Positions 1 through 13,569 of a stretch of DNA of 64,000 bases are shown here, in pieces. Made by a program: the position numbers and the translations under genes. Numbering within the stretch: position 1 is the first letter of the stretch; each line of letters begins with the position of its first letter. The notes beneath the pieces are model-generated. The model did no database searches. It saw only the letters and a list, made by a program, of their open reading frames with translations, and had not been told where the DNA came from. This DNA comes from Geosiphon pyriformis uo1 (lineage: Eukaryota > Fungi > Glomeromycota): assembly GCA_016748015.1 (NCBI GenBank), contig JAAOMT010000201.1, positions 129,153 to 193,152 on the forward strand, given 5' to 3'.

Positions 1-1316
1 AAATTACATCATGAATAGCTTGATTTCACTGGAGCTCAATTTCTTTGGAAAGAATAATATTATGATTGAAACCTATACTTCTTATTAATTATCACATATA
101 TTAGCCACTAATGTCATATAATTAGCCATTCTATTTTTAAATAGTGATCATTGATCTGATCATTGACCTAATTGTTGACCTGATTATTGACCACTTTTGA
201 TAGCTATATAAGTGATGAATCTCTTAACTATAGAAAAAAATATAAAAATCAAAGAAAGAAAAGAAATAAAATAACAACTTCATTTCAATTCTTTTCTTAT
301 CACTAATTTTTTTTTCTTATCTTCAAGTATCTGAACATTTTAAAGATAAAAAAATACTTATTGGTTATTTCCTACCTTTTTCCTAAAACATGTAATTGTA
401 GTATTTGAAAATTGTTAAATAAAACATGATTAAAAAGTATATCTGATACCTGATATTGAATTCTAAGAGTGCCAACATGAGACATAGAATTATACCAGTA
501 TATGATCATTTGTTAACAATATGGAATATTCCTCTATCTTCAGATTCCTGGTTATCTTTTGAAAAGTATAGTAACTGAGATATTTTATGAAACTAATCTT
601 GTATATTAAATTTATATTCATTCAATTCACTCTTTGAAGTTGAATTCTCTTTGATTCCTTTTATTACTCTACAATCCTGTTTTCTCTTGCTATCTGTTAG
701 TTTGTTACTCCAACCTGTAATAATATTCTTAATAAAAAACCAAATAACAATATGTTAAAAACTCAAAATAAACAAATTTTTTCCCCATTTATATTTTTAT
801 TATCATATACTATTATATAACAACAAAAGCTGACAAATGCCTTTAGAAATTAACATATGCAGAATAAAACATTTGGAAAAATAAAGTTAAAAGTCAGAGT
901 TTTGAATAATACAAATATTAGTCAACCATATATTTTATTTAATTTAATAATCAATTATATATTTTAATTGTCTTTGACTATAATATTATTCTATCTAGTT
1001 TCCTTAACCTATCCTAAAAATTTTATTCTAAAATTTCCAAAAAAAACTCTATATTTGTCTGAACAAATATATCTATATAATAAAAACAAACATATAGAAA
1101 AGGAAACCAACTTTAATGAAATATAAATTATTAATTAAACATTAGATAATGAGACAAATATTGAACTTACTATATAAAAAAACCTAAAAATTACATAAAA
1201 GTCAACAATTATAGTGTTTACAAAAACATTTAGCAGACTTTTTTAACCATGAATAAAAACAAATCAAAGACATCTACCAAGTTATTAAATAGTATTGTCC
1301 ACTTTGAGATATGTGT

Positions 1317-2234
1317 TGTTACTGGAAGAAAAAAAACCTATTAAAGAAAGAAAAAAAAATGTAACCTGAAGAAAAACGTGACAAAATGTAAAAGAATACA
1401 GAATAGTACGCAATAATGTTGAATAACATGTTATAATATAGAATAACGTGTTATAACGTAGGATAACATGTTATAATACAGGATAACATAGAATAACATG
1501 TAATAATGTTAGATAATGTGTTATAACATAGGATAATTAGTTATAATGTAAGAAAAATGAAGTGATAACTAGCAAATCCAGACAATCCAAAACAATTCTG
1601 TAAAACTAGAAAATACACATATATAGCAATAGCATTGGAAGCAGAAAAAAGGAGACAGAGACAGAAATTTCTTAGTTACTATTCCCCAATTAGAAACCAT
1701 AGCATTCCAAAATATCAATAAATATACTTATTTAGCATCTTAAATCCAGTTGTTTGCTATCAACCCTAAATGGTAATAGTAATTGATACTTAAAACACAT
1801 GGAAACAATAGTCCTTGATCACAGCTATTGATAAAATACTAACTTATATTGTCTTGGCTTATTGTTTTTATTTTTCTTTATCTCTTTTATTTTTGCTTTT
1901 ATTTTGTTGTGTATACTAATTGATTAAGGATTAAGCATTAAGTATTGATGTCAAGAATTGCCTAGTAAAAGACCTCTGTGAGTGAATAGAATGCATAAAA
2001 ATTACAGATTGCTTACCAGAAGATTGCTGGCCACCACACTAAGAAAGAAATTTCCAGAATTGCAATTCTGGAAAGCTATAGATAAAATAAACATGAGAAT
2101 CTCTATTTATTATACAAAGAACTCCAATCAAAATCTTCAGATTGAAACATCTTCAAACATTATTAACGTCATCAATTGAGCACTAAGTTATGGTTTGTTA
2201 TTTGCTTTGAGACCCCAAATAATCACCTGTAATA
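1317..2234 (+). repeat. E1 5' LTR (918 bp)
   Basis: Begins TGTTACTGG, ends TGTAATA (decayed TGTAACA), followed by the PBS. U3/R matches 40834-41386. Contains a 10-bp ATAAC repeat array 1411-1550 and a TATA-like run ~1618-1625. Confidence 0.9.
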
Positions 2235-2236
2235 TT

Positions 2237-2253
2237 TGGTGCTTTCTGTGAGG
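2237..2253 (+). promoter_or_regulatory. Primer binding site of E1 (TGGTGCTTTCTGTGAGG)
   Basis: Starts 2 nt after the LTR end with TGG, complementary to tRNA CCA. The same motif occurs at 5822, 29808, 41697 and (minus) 40061-40077. Confidence 0.88.
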
Positions 2254-2296
2254 TATAATTTTACAGAGAACCAGTACTAACAACAATCATCCAAAA

Positions 2297-4974
2297 GTGG
2301 CAGAATCAAAAATCATAGGAGCAAACCATTTAAGATTCGCCAAATCCTTGTTTCAACAGTACAGCCAACAGTTAGAATTAAACAACAACTATTTTCCAGT
2401 GGAATTAGCCTTCAATTTTTATGTTAATGATAAAATCACAGACTGCTTAGGAGAAACAGTTAACATTGAATCCACAAGAGAAAATTTCTATACAGAATTA
2501 TTTCAACATACCAGCTTACCAAGAAATCACAGTTTCACACCAATCATCAGAGAAATCAATTAAACCATTGAAAAGTACACCCAACAACAATTTCTCATCA
2601 CTTATGCAGACAAAGGCAAAGGAAGATTGCAAACACCAGTAGTAACACCCAAAAAAATACAACCATTTACTTGGAAGAAAACCAGAGTTGAATTACCAAC
2701 CAATTTATCATATTATTATACATCAGGAAGTGCCATTAACATCTCTTTAGCAGACATGTCCACATCAAATAAAATATCAACCTTTGGATGATTCTCATTT
2801 TAAAGTAAACAAAAAAGAGCAGAGTTATTAGGACCATATGGCAAATATTTTGAAGGATTTAAATCACAATGACCAATGTTATCAGGATTTTGATCACTGT
2901 CACCCCCACCAGACTTTGGAACAACTGATCTGTGGGAAGTAATGGAATCAAAAGAAGAGGAAGAAGAAGAAAGTGAGGATCAGAAATTTACTTACCAAAA
3001 CCCAATCCTAGAAAATCCGGAAGTTGAAACTCCAAACATTTAAACCCAGCAAACTCAAAACAATCCAAACTCCAAAACAATTAATTAGCAAAACTTACCT
3101 TCAGTAATTGTTATCAATCAGCCACCAATTGAACTAATTATCAAACCAATTCAACAGCAGCCACTTTAGCAACCTATTCAACAATTACTACCATCACAAC
3201 AACTGATCACACAAATGGCATACACACCCATCACAAAGCTAAAAAAATTTTCTGGTGAAAAGAATGACAGTTAAACATGAATCAATGACATTACCAAAAC
3301 CATTACCACCAATAATTGGGATGATGCCAGAGCTCTTCAAGCAATCCCCTATTTTCTTCAGGATGCCACTAACTCATGGTATTATAACCTAGCTCAGATA
3401 TAATAAACATTTGATGCATTTAAATTGGAATTTTTAAAATACTTTAGTAATAGCAATAGCATCAACCACTTAGCCAACATCTTTATTACCATTGAGCAAG
3501 GAGAAACTGAAACAGTCACTACTTACTTGGGACACTTCCACAGGAATCTGCACCAAATTCAGACAATACAAGTTGATTATTTCACAGTGCCACAAATTCT
3601 AAACCAATTCATTAGAGGCCTGTACAGTAGTATTCTCCAATGCATACATCTTTTGCATCCAGCAGATCTTCAAGCTGCTATTACAAATGCCAGAGATTTT
3701 GAAGCAGCTGAACTTGAAGCCAACCATGCCCAAGCCATAAATCTAGTGATGAACAGATCATTTGAATTGAATTCCAAATTAAAACAATTCAGTAATTCAA
3801 TTAATCAGAAACTAGAAGGATACTTAGCTGACAATTAAGCAATTTATTAGCCTTCACAATAACACAATAATTCAGAAAACACGAATCATTTCCAAAATCA
3901 GTTGCATTCCTTATTATCATCATTCAATCAGCCATGGCAGCAAAAGATGCATAGTTACTACAATTGTAGTACACAAGGTTACATCAGAGCTAGCTGCCAA
4001 GTTTATAGCAATAATTTATGATTGGAAAATCAAAATCAAAACTCCAATTGCAGATTTCAAACTCCAAACCACTACTCAAATCAAGATTACTATCAACCAT
4101 ACTACACTCAAATAGCACAACAACCAATCTACTAAATCTTAGCACCAGTTATCTACCAGCCATAGCTGCAAGTAATATATCACCTACAACAAATTCAAAC
4201 CCCACCACACAATTCAATCCAGATGTCACTTGGAAACCAAAGACCAAAAATCATTCAGCAAAACTAAAGATCAGTGATGGTTTTACATTAACCAATCTCC
4301 AGTTTATCTAACCATGCCTTAGAATCATGTCTCAGGAATTTGGAAAATAGGTACAACTAAAATCAGAGTTTCCAGAACTATCTGAGTCTCCTGGTTACTC
4401 CAGAAGACGTCTCAACTAACAACAACCTGAAAACCTCCCTGAAACAAACAATCAATAACAACATATCTCCAGCCATTGTCACAAACAATGAATTGTTAGC
4501 AGTTATTTTTCCCTTTGAAATCAAAGGACCAACCGAAACTCTTCTCTTTAGCAGAGCCACCCTTGATATGAAACTCATCACTGCTATATACACCAATGCC
4601 AAGATCAATGGGCAGGCCATTAAGCTAATCTTAGACAATAATTCAGCAGGCAGCATCATCACATGACAACTCATAGACCAATTAGGTTGCCGAGTTGATT
4701 GCACTACCAGCATTAGAATTATCACTGCTAATGGAGCCACCAAAACTCCAATTGGTGAAATCAACAATTTTCTCATCAAAGTCAATGGTATTATTGTACC
4801 AATCAAGGTTTTAGTTATGGAAGCCACCTAGTATTAAGCTCTTATTGGTAATGACTGGCTGTCTAAAACCAATGCCATGCTCGACTGGAACACCCAGAAA
4901 CTACAGCTCAGCCAAAATGGATAGCATACTAGAGTATCAGCCACCTGTGGATACTTCAAGACCACTACAACTAT
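2297..4974 (+). pseudogene. gag-pol: E1 gag and aspartic protease (5' part of gag-pol), multiple stops
   Basis: Retrotransposon capsid-like segment (FLKYFSNSNSINHLANIF..QGETE), decayed Zn knuckle ~3950-3996, protease LILD(N/S)xSAGSII ~4625-4660. Confidence 0.85.
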
Positions 4975-5819
4975 TGTTACTTATAAAAAAAAAACAGATA
5001 TAGAAAAATAGTAAACCAATAAGCAAATAGCATTTAGCATGTGAGCACATTATTTAGCAATGTAGAGCAATGTTAGAAAACATTACACATTGCTTAACAA
5101 TGTGAAGTGATGTTAGAAAATTAGGGCACATTGTTCAGCAATGTGAGCATTGCTCAAGAAATCATAGCATATCACTCGAGAATATGAACAATCTCATAAA
5201 ACATCAATTATGTATATATAGTGATAATGTTAAAAATAGAAAAAGAAAAATCCTTTAGTTAGAAACATTCCATCCATAATATTAATAAATAATTATTCAC
5301 CATTTTAATTCACTCTTTACTATCAATACTTCATGTTGATAGTAATTAATACTTAATCACACTGGAACAATAGCTCTTAATCACAGCTATTGACAGATTA
5401 CTAACATTCATTGTCTTTGCTGATTTCTCATTTTTTATTTTTTGTTATTCTTTGGTTTATATTTTTTTATTGTTATTACTTTTTTGTTTTACTAATTGAT
5501 TGAAGATTAAGCACTAAGTTATTGATATCAAGGATTGCCTAGTAAAAGACCCCTGCAAGTGGGTAAAACATGTAAAAGAATTACAGATTACTTACCAGAA
5601 AATTGCCAGCCACCACACCAAGAGAAAAATTGACAGAATTGCAATTTTGAGAAGCTATGGATAAACCACTATTGAATCTCTGTTTATTATACAAAGAACT
5701 CAACAACCAAAATCTTCAGACAAACAACATCTTCAGATCACCATCATCAGGAATAGCTTTTGAGCACCAGGTTACAAGTTTGTTATTTGATTTGAGACCC
5801 CAAATAATTACCTGTAACA
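4975..5819 (+). repeat. E2 5' LTR (845 bp)
   Basis: Direct repeat of 14220-14963. U3 has a GCAATGTG/CACATTGC repeat array ~5030-5200. Confidence 0.93.
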
Positions 5820-5881
5820 TTTGGTGCTCCCTGTGAGATATAATTCTACAGAAAACCAGCACCAACTACAACCATTCAAAA

Positions 5882-8800
5882 GTGGCAGAATCAGAAACCA
5901 TAGAAGCAAACCATTTAGGATTTGCAAAATCTTTATTTTAACACTACTGTCAACATTTGGGATTAAACCACAATCACATATTAGCAGAATCAGCCTTCAA
6001 TTTCTATGTCAATGAGAGAATTGTCTATCTGTTAGGAACACCAGTAAATACTGAGTCAGCAAAAGAAACCTTTTACAATGAATTAATTCAAAACACTAGT
6101 CTATCAACAAATCACAATTTTGCATTCATTATCACAGAATCAATAAAGATATTGAATATCACACTCAACAAAGATATTTAATTACATATGCCAGTAAAGG
6201 AAAAGAAAAACTGCAAACATCAGCAGTAACACCCCAAAGAATACAATCACCCACTTGGAAGAAAACCTGAGTTGAATTACCAAACAACCCATCCTACCAC
6301 TATACCTCTGGAAGTGCCATTAACATAACATCAGCAGGTGCGTCCATATCAAACACAACATCAACATTTGGCTGACTTCTATTTCAAAGTAAACAAAAAA
6401 AAACAGAATTACTAGGAACCTATGGCAATTATTTTGAAGGATTTAAATCACGATCGCCAATGCCATCAAGATTTTGATTACTGCCACCTCAACCAGATTT
6501 CAGAAATGCAAGTTCCTGGGAAGTAACGGAATTGAAAAAAAAACAGGAAGAAGAAGAAAAAGAATCTGAAGATCAAGAATTTACTTATCAGAACCTAATT
6601 ACTGAAAACCCGGAATTTGAAACTCTGAATCTTCAAACCCAGCAAAATCTAAATTTAGAAAATTCAGAAATCAAAACTCTGAATATTCAACCACTGCCAA
6701 ATCAAAACAATCAAAACTTCAATCTAATTAATCAACCAGACTTATCTCCAATAATTGTCATCGATCAGCCACTAATTGAACTGATTATCAAACCAGTTCA
6801 ATAGCAACCACTTCAACAACCCCTCCAACAACTACTTTAATTACTACAACAACCACAGCAGTCATTTCAACAGCCACAACAACAACAACAAATGGCATAT
6901 GCACCAATTGTCAAACTTAAAAAATTTACAGATGAAGAAAACGATGTCCAGATATGGCTTAATAATATTGAAAAAGTCATCACAGCCAATGGATAGAATG
7001 ATGCAAGAGTCCTCTAAGCCATTTCTTATTTTTTTCAGGATACTGCTGACTCATGGTATCAAAGTCTAGCCAACAAACCCCAGGATTTCAATACATTCAA
7101 GCTTACCTTCCTACAATATTTCAGTAATAATAATAGCATCAACCAATTGGCCAACACTTTTACCACCATCAAGCAAAGAGAAAATGAAGCAGTTACTACT
7201 TACTTAGGACACTTTCATAGAAATCTGCGCCAAATTCAGACCATACAGGCTGATTATTTCACAGTGCCACAAATCCTCAATCAATTCATCAGAGGACTGC
7301 ACAGTAACATTCTCTAATGTGTATGCCCAATGTATTCAGTAGACCTTCAAGCTGCAGTTACAAGCACTAGAAATTTCGAAACAGCTGAACTTGAAGTTAA
7401 CTATGCCCAAATCATTAATCTAGTAATGAATAGATTATCTGAATTGGATTCAAAAATTGAAACAATTTAGTGATTCCATCAATCAGAAATTAAAAGGATA
7501 CTTAACTGACAATTGCCCAATTTATCAGCCACCATAACAATGCAATAATTTAGGGAATGCAACACATTTCCAAAATTAGTTGTGTCCATCATCATTATCA
7601 AATCAGACATGGCAACCTAAAACATGTGTCTGTCACAACTGTGGTAAACAAGGTCATATCCAAGTCAACTGCCATTCTTATAGTAATCCATGATCGGAAA
7701 ATCAATACAGAAATCCCAATTGCAGATTTCAGACCCCAAATCAACAGCCAAATCAAGATCAATATCAACCTACTTACCTGCTACTGATGCAGCAGCCAAT
7801 CTATCAACCACCAATATATCAGACTCCAATTTATCAGCCGCAGCCACAAGTAATATATCAACTACTGCTGCCAGTAATCTATTAATCCTGACAAATTCAA
7901 ACACCACCTCAAAACTTACCTTAAAATAGAATCCATAGGCTGAAAATGACACAACAAAACTGGAAATCAGCAATAGTAGTGCACCAACTGATCTCTAGTT
8001 TATCAACACCATAAACAGAATCTCGCCAGTGAAGTTTGAGTATGAGTCATACCCAAAACTTAAGTTTCCAACACTATTTAAGTCTTTTGGTTACCCCAGA
8101 AGATGCCACATTCAGCAACCTGGAATTCAGCCAATAGCAAACACTTGTTAACAATATCTCACCAGCAACTGTTATGGAAGACAAGTCACTCACCGCAATA
8201 TTTCCCTTTAAAATCGATGAATTCTTAGAAGTCCCATTATTCAGTAGAGCTGCCTTCGAAGAGAAACCCATAACTGTGATGTACACTAATGCCAAAGTTG
8301 ATGGTCAGTTCATCAAACTGATCCTAGATAGTGGATCAGCGGGTAGCATTATTACACAACAACTTATGGACCAATTAGATCACCAAGTTGATTGTACTGT
8401 TAGTGCTCACATAATCACTGCTAATGGGACAACCAAAACTCCTATTGGTAAAATTGATGACTTTTCTTTTAAAGTCAATGGCATCATTATTTTTATTAAA
8501 GTCCTAGTGATAGAAGCAACTCAATATCAGGCATTAGTAGGAAATAACTGGTTATCTAAAACCAATGTCATACTTGACTGGATGACACAAGAACTCCAAC
8601 TAAGCCAGAACAGTTGATACACATGTGCACCAGCCACATGTGGTCACTTCAAACCAACCAATATGTCAGCACCACTTATCAAATTCAAAAAAGAAGAGAA
8701 AAAACCAACCTGAAAAGCCTACCAAGTTTTTTGGACTGATACAGAACACAATAAGCTGTTGCCAGTACCTTTATGGGATGACCACGGAAAAGAAAAACAA

Positions 8801-11800
8801 AAGGAAAAACTTATTTGGAATGTCAACCAAGTCTGAAAAACTGACAACAACCAAGAAGAACTAATAAATTGGGAGTGGAAAGAAGATAAAAAGGAAAAAA
8901 AAAAGGAAAAGGAAGAAGAATCAACACCCAATAGCACCACCACTTATAATTTCTACACTACATCCCAACAATTTATTTATTATCACCCAAAACTAGTAAG
9001 TGTCAATTGTGACAAGAAATTGTCGTCAATGGGTACTTGTTGTAATGACAATGAAAAATACACTATGGCAACCAAATTCTACTACCACCCATGTGTTATT
9101 AAACACTTTGGAAGACCAAAATGAGTTGGAAAATAGGACAATAAATTCTGCTTGGCTTGTGGAAAAACTTTTCTTGACAAAAAAATGTGAAATGACATTT
9201 CTGGAAGAGGAGAAACATGTGACAAATTGTGTCAGTACATGATTCTCATAAGCAACTGGGTGAAAAAAGAAACATCCATAGACACCACCTGGAGACAAGC
9301 AGTCAAACGTTTAGATCAATGTCTACACAACGATGACAAAATTTGGCAAATGATACTTGCCAAAATCAAAGGAGCATCACCAGAAGAAATAAAAACAATT
9401 AAAGATAATCTACCTGAACCTATAGAACTTGACTAAGACCCAGAACCAGTCATAAACCTGTTGGACCTAGAACAATTCCACAAACACTATTAAGAGCTAG
9501 CACTTACAAGAGAAAAGCAGGAACAATGCTTAGAAGAAATCAACATTTAACTATGTAACCATTGTTTGATTTTCTGTGACTTTCAATATTGTAATGAATG
9601 TAACCTCATTTACAATTCACAACCCCACATGATCTACACAATCCCAGAAGAAGATGAACCAATGAACAGCTGCACATTGCAATTGAGATTAAGTTTCAAT
9701 CCTGATTCAAACTCGGACAATAATGATGACAAAAATAATGGTTTTAACTCTGATCAAAATGGCAACAGAAATAACAATAAGTCAGACTCCAATTCAAACC
9801 CCGAAACATTTATCACACTTCCTAATCTTACCAAAGAACAGAAACTAAAATAGTTCAGTAATAACAATAAAAGTATCATGCCAGAATATGTACATAATAT
9901 TAATGCAGGATTTGATCTGAAATATCTAGGAAAGGATGCTATAAAATTAGAACCCCATTCGTGCATCTGCATTGATCTTAAAATAGCATTGGAAATTCCA
10001 GCAACAACAATAGTTCAGTTAGCATTTAGGAGTAGCTTAGCAAAAAAGAGAATCAACATCAGAGAAGGAATAATTGATGTGGGATATGTAGGAAATATTA
10101 TCATCATGCTACAGAATGATTCAGAAAAAGCCTACATGATAGAACCAAATGAAAAAATAGCACAGACAATATTTCTACCTCTGGTGAAAGTAGCTAACTT
10201 AGTGTCAGTAGAAAACAGAGAAAAATTAGGGATTACTGCTAAAAAGATACAAGAATTCAGATCAATAGGTAAAATAGATATACCAGTTAATATGGTGAAG
10301 GAAGAAGTTATTGACAAAGAAGAAATTATCTCAACCTGTTAATCAATTTCTATTCCACCATATGATCAGTATATGTTAGCCATAAAAAAAGAAGTAAAAG
10401 ATCAAGCTCAGCTGTTTAAAGCAGAAGCCACCATCTGTGAATCAGGAGAGATTGGACTTACTAATCTTTATATATCAGCCAAAAGCCCAAAAAACATCAA
10501 AATTCTCATCTATAACACAACGGAAAATGTTATTGAAATACCAAAGAGAACTATTATTGGATACTTAATCACTAAAGTTGAGGATCAACTACCAAACCAT
10601 ATCCCAGATTTTCCACAGCTTTGTGAATATGTAGACATCACATCACAAACCATCTACAGACAAAGTGAATGTTATCTGCTTCAACCAGAACAATTAAAAC
10701 AGATAAACATAGGGAATTTAGACCCATTCCAGCAGATACACCTAAAAATGTTACTCAACAAATTCAATGATATCTTTGCCAGCGAAAATGAATTTGGCAG
10801 AACTGACATCATCTAACATCAAATTAAAACTGGAGATACAATACCAATTAAACAAAGAGCATACAGAGTATCACTAGCCAGCCACGAGATCATTTGTCAA
10901 GAAATCAATCAAATGCTTGACAATGGGCTAATTCAGTCATCAATAAGCCCATGTCATCACCAGTGGTACTAGTTCAGAAAAAGAATAGAAAAATTCATTT
11001 TTGTGTAGACTACCAGAAACTGAATAGAGTAACAAAAGGAGACAGCTACCCAACTCCAAAGATTCAAGAGCTGTTTGATGCTTTTGGAGAAAAAAAATGG
11101 TTTTTAATATTGAATTTAAACAGTGGTTACTGGCAAGTAGCTATGAAACCAGAAGATAAAGAGAAAATGGCTTTCACTATATGAGAAGAGAATTTCAAAT
11201 TCAAAATAATGCTATTTGGCTTAATGAATGCTCCAGCAATATTTCAATGGCTTATGGAAATTGTCTATACTGGACTGTTATAGAAATCAGTAGTTGTATA
11301 TTTAGATAACATCAATGTGTTCTCAAAAACATTCGATGATCATCTGCATTATTTCTAACAAGTATTTGAAAGACTCAGAAAAGCCGGATTGAAACTAAAT
11401 GCAACTAAATGTTTCTTTAGAAAAACTGAACTCAAGTTTTTGGAACATGTTGTAAGCAAAAATAGTATAAAAACAGATCCAAATAAAATTGCCATAATAA
11501 AAAACTTTCTAGTACCAACCAATCTGATAGAACTAAGAGCATTTTTGGAATTTGCAAACTACTATTGTCATTTTATCAAGAACTTTTCTAAATTGGCTCA
11601 GCTGCTTCATCATCTACAAACTAAGAATGTCAAGTATGAATGAACAAAAGCTCAACAAAAAGCATTTGACACACTGAGACAGAAGCTTATTTAAGCTCTG
11701 ATGTTGATATATTCAGACCACAGCAAACTATTTATCATCATTACTGATGCATCAGGCCAAGCATTGGGAGCCATACTATCACAGAAAGAACCAGATGGAA

Positions 11801-12102
11801 GAGAACATCCAGTTGCTTATGCCAGTAAAAGCTTAAGTCCAGCTGAAAAAAACTATAGAACTCCAGCACTAGAACACTTAGCAATCTATTGGGTTGTCAC
11901 CAAATGGAGAGAATACTTGAACCAAAAGTTTGAGGTGTATACTGACCACAAAAGATTGACTTTAATCCAGAAACAGGAATTTGGAGACGACTATCATGCC
12001 AGATAGAAAATAGAACTTTCATTATTCAATTATACAGTACATTATAAAAAAGGAAAAAACAATGGAAACATTGATGGATTGTTACAAATGAGACAAATCT
12101 AA
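5882..12102 (+). pseudogene. gag-pol: E2 gag-PR-CysRich-dUTPase-RT-RNaseH, broken
   Basis: Zn knuckle CHNCGKQGHIQVNC 7631-7672; protease LILDSGSAGSII ~8318-8353; dUTPase NAGFDL/RSSLA/GIIDVGY/EKIAQ 9878-10270; RT SSPVVLV..FCVDY..SGYWQV; RNase H TDASGQALGAILSQ..VAYAS; ends ..QMRQI-TAA. Confidence 0.9.
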
Positions 12103-12132
12103 AAACATTTCAACACAAAAATATAACAAAAA

Positions 12133-13505
12133 ATGAATATACAAAAATACCAACAACTCCAATGTTATATAAATACCCAATTGTTCAAGAAGAAATTATC
12201 TTAAAAAGAACTAAACAACATAAAACAACAAGCAAAATATTTTATCAACCATCAAAATATACTTTACCAAAAAAACAAAAGAAATTCAGATCAACTAACC
12301 AGAGTAATCACAGAACCAAAGAAAGAAACAATATTGTTTAACATACACTCAGATCCAACAGCAGAACATTTTCATAAAGAAGCAACCATGAAAAGAACCA
12401 GAAAAAAATACTATTGGCCATTAATGTATCCAAACATCATCCAATATGTTCAGAATTGTGATGCCTGTCAGAAAAAAAGTGGAATAAGACCAAGTGAACC
12501 ATTAAGACCAATCAAAGTGGGACAACCATTTGATTGAATTGAAATTGACTTAGTTGGACTACTAACAATTACTAGCAGAAACAACAGATACATTGTAGTA
12601 GTCATGGATTATCTCACTAAATGGCCAGAAGCAAAAGTCATTCAAAGAGCAGATGCAGAATCTATTGCTGAATTTGTCCATCAAGATTTGATCTGTTGAC
12701 ATAAATGTCCAAAGAAACTACTATCAGATCAAGAAACTCATTTTGTGAATAAAATATTGACAGAACTAAGTCAAAGATTTGGGATAAAAGACCATTATTA
12801 TCACCATATTATCCACAAATTAATGGACTAGTTGAAAGATTCAATAGAACATTATGTGAGCAATCGCCAAAATCAGTCAAGAAAACCAAGACAAATGGGA
12901 TTTGTTTATATCATCAGTATTATTTGCTTATTGAATAATGAAATAAGATACTACACAAGCAACACCATTTGAATTAATATATGAGAAAACAGCAACATTA
13001 CCAGTTGAGATAGAGATCAATACATATCCAACTAAACCAATAACAGAAGCCAATTTCCAAGAAACATTGTTAAGAAGAACATATGACTTAATAGAAACAC
13101 TAGAAAACAGACGACAAAAAGCAGCTGATAATATCCAAAAGTCTTAAAAAAAGCAAAAAAAATGACACGATAACCAATTACCAGATAAACCAGTTGAATT
13201 CAAGATTGAAACAAAGTACTTTTACATCATATCAAAATAGAAAAACAATGGAGTGGAAAATTTGACCCCAAATAGAATGATCTATTTTACATAGAAAAAT
13301 TTTTGGAAATGGAGCTTATAAATTAAGATGGGACAACAAAATTTTAGCCAAAGCAGCACATAGTGATCAACTGAAACCATATTACCAAATAGCATCATTA
13401 TCCACCAATAACATTCTACAATTAAGAGTACAACAAATACTAGTCCAACCAGATGAGATTCCATGAGATCTAAAACCAATCATAATTATTAAACCAAACA
13501 TGTAA
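12133..13505 (+). pseudogene. int: E2 integrase (separate ORF with own ATG), broken
   Basis: HHCC zinc finger (HSD..HF..CDACQ), core motifs IDLVG, LLSDQ, PYYPQ.NGLVERFNRTL; GPY/F-like C-terminus; no chromodomain. Confidence 0.88.
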
Positions 13506-13569
13506 AATCAAATAATAAAAGAGTATATAAAGACACAGTATATGCGACAAAAGCAACCAAGAAAAAAAA

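Noticed and set aside
146-192. Four degenerate 12-bp repeats (ATTGACCTGATY-like) in the flank
   Set aside because: Too short and isolated to assign; may be an old repeat remnant.
1-1316. Host gene or exon in the left flank
   Set aside because: No ORF of 60 aa or more and no recognisable motif.
1982-2179. Short ORF inside the LTR
   Set aside because: Not kept open in the other LTRs.
4378-4827. Recurrent antisense ORFs opposite the protease (also 8074-8295, 27390-27683, 32000-32215, 44841-45125)
   Set aside because: Shadow frames of the same coding region with variable starts and no independent motifs.
7690-7929. Recurrent Ser/Thr-rich ORF MIGKS.. (also 4018, 31613) overlapping the gag tail
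   Set aside because: Alternative frame of CAA/CCA-rich gag; its ATG appears to be created by CGA>TGA decay in the gag frame.
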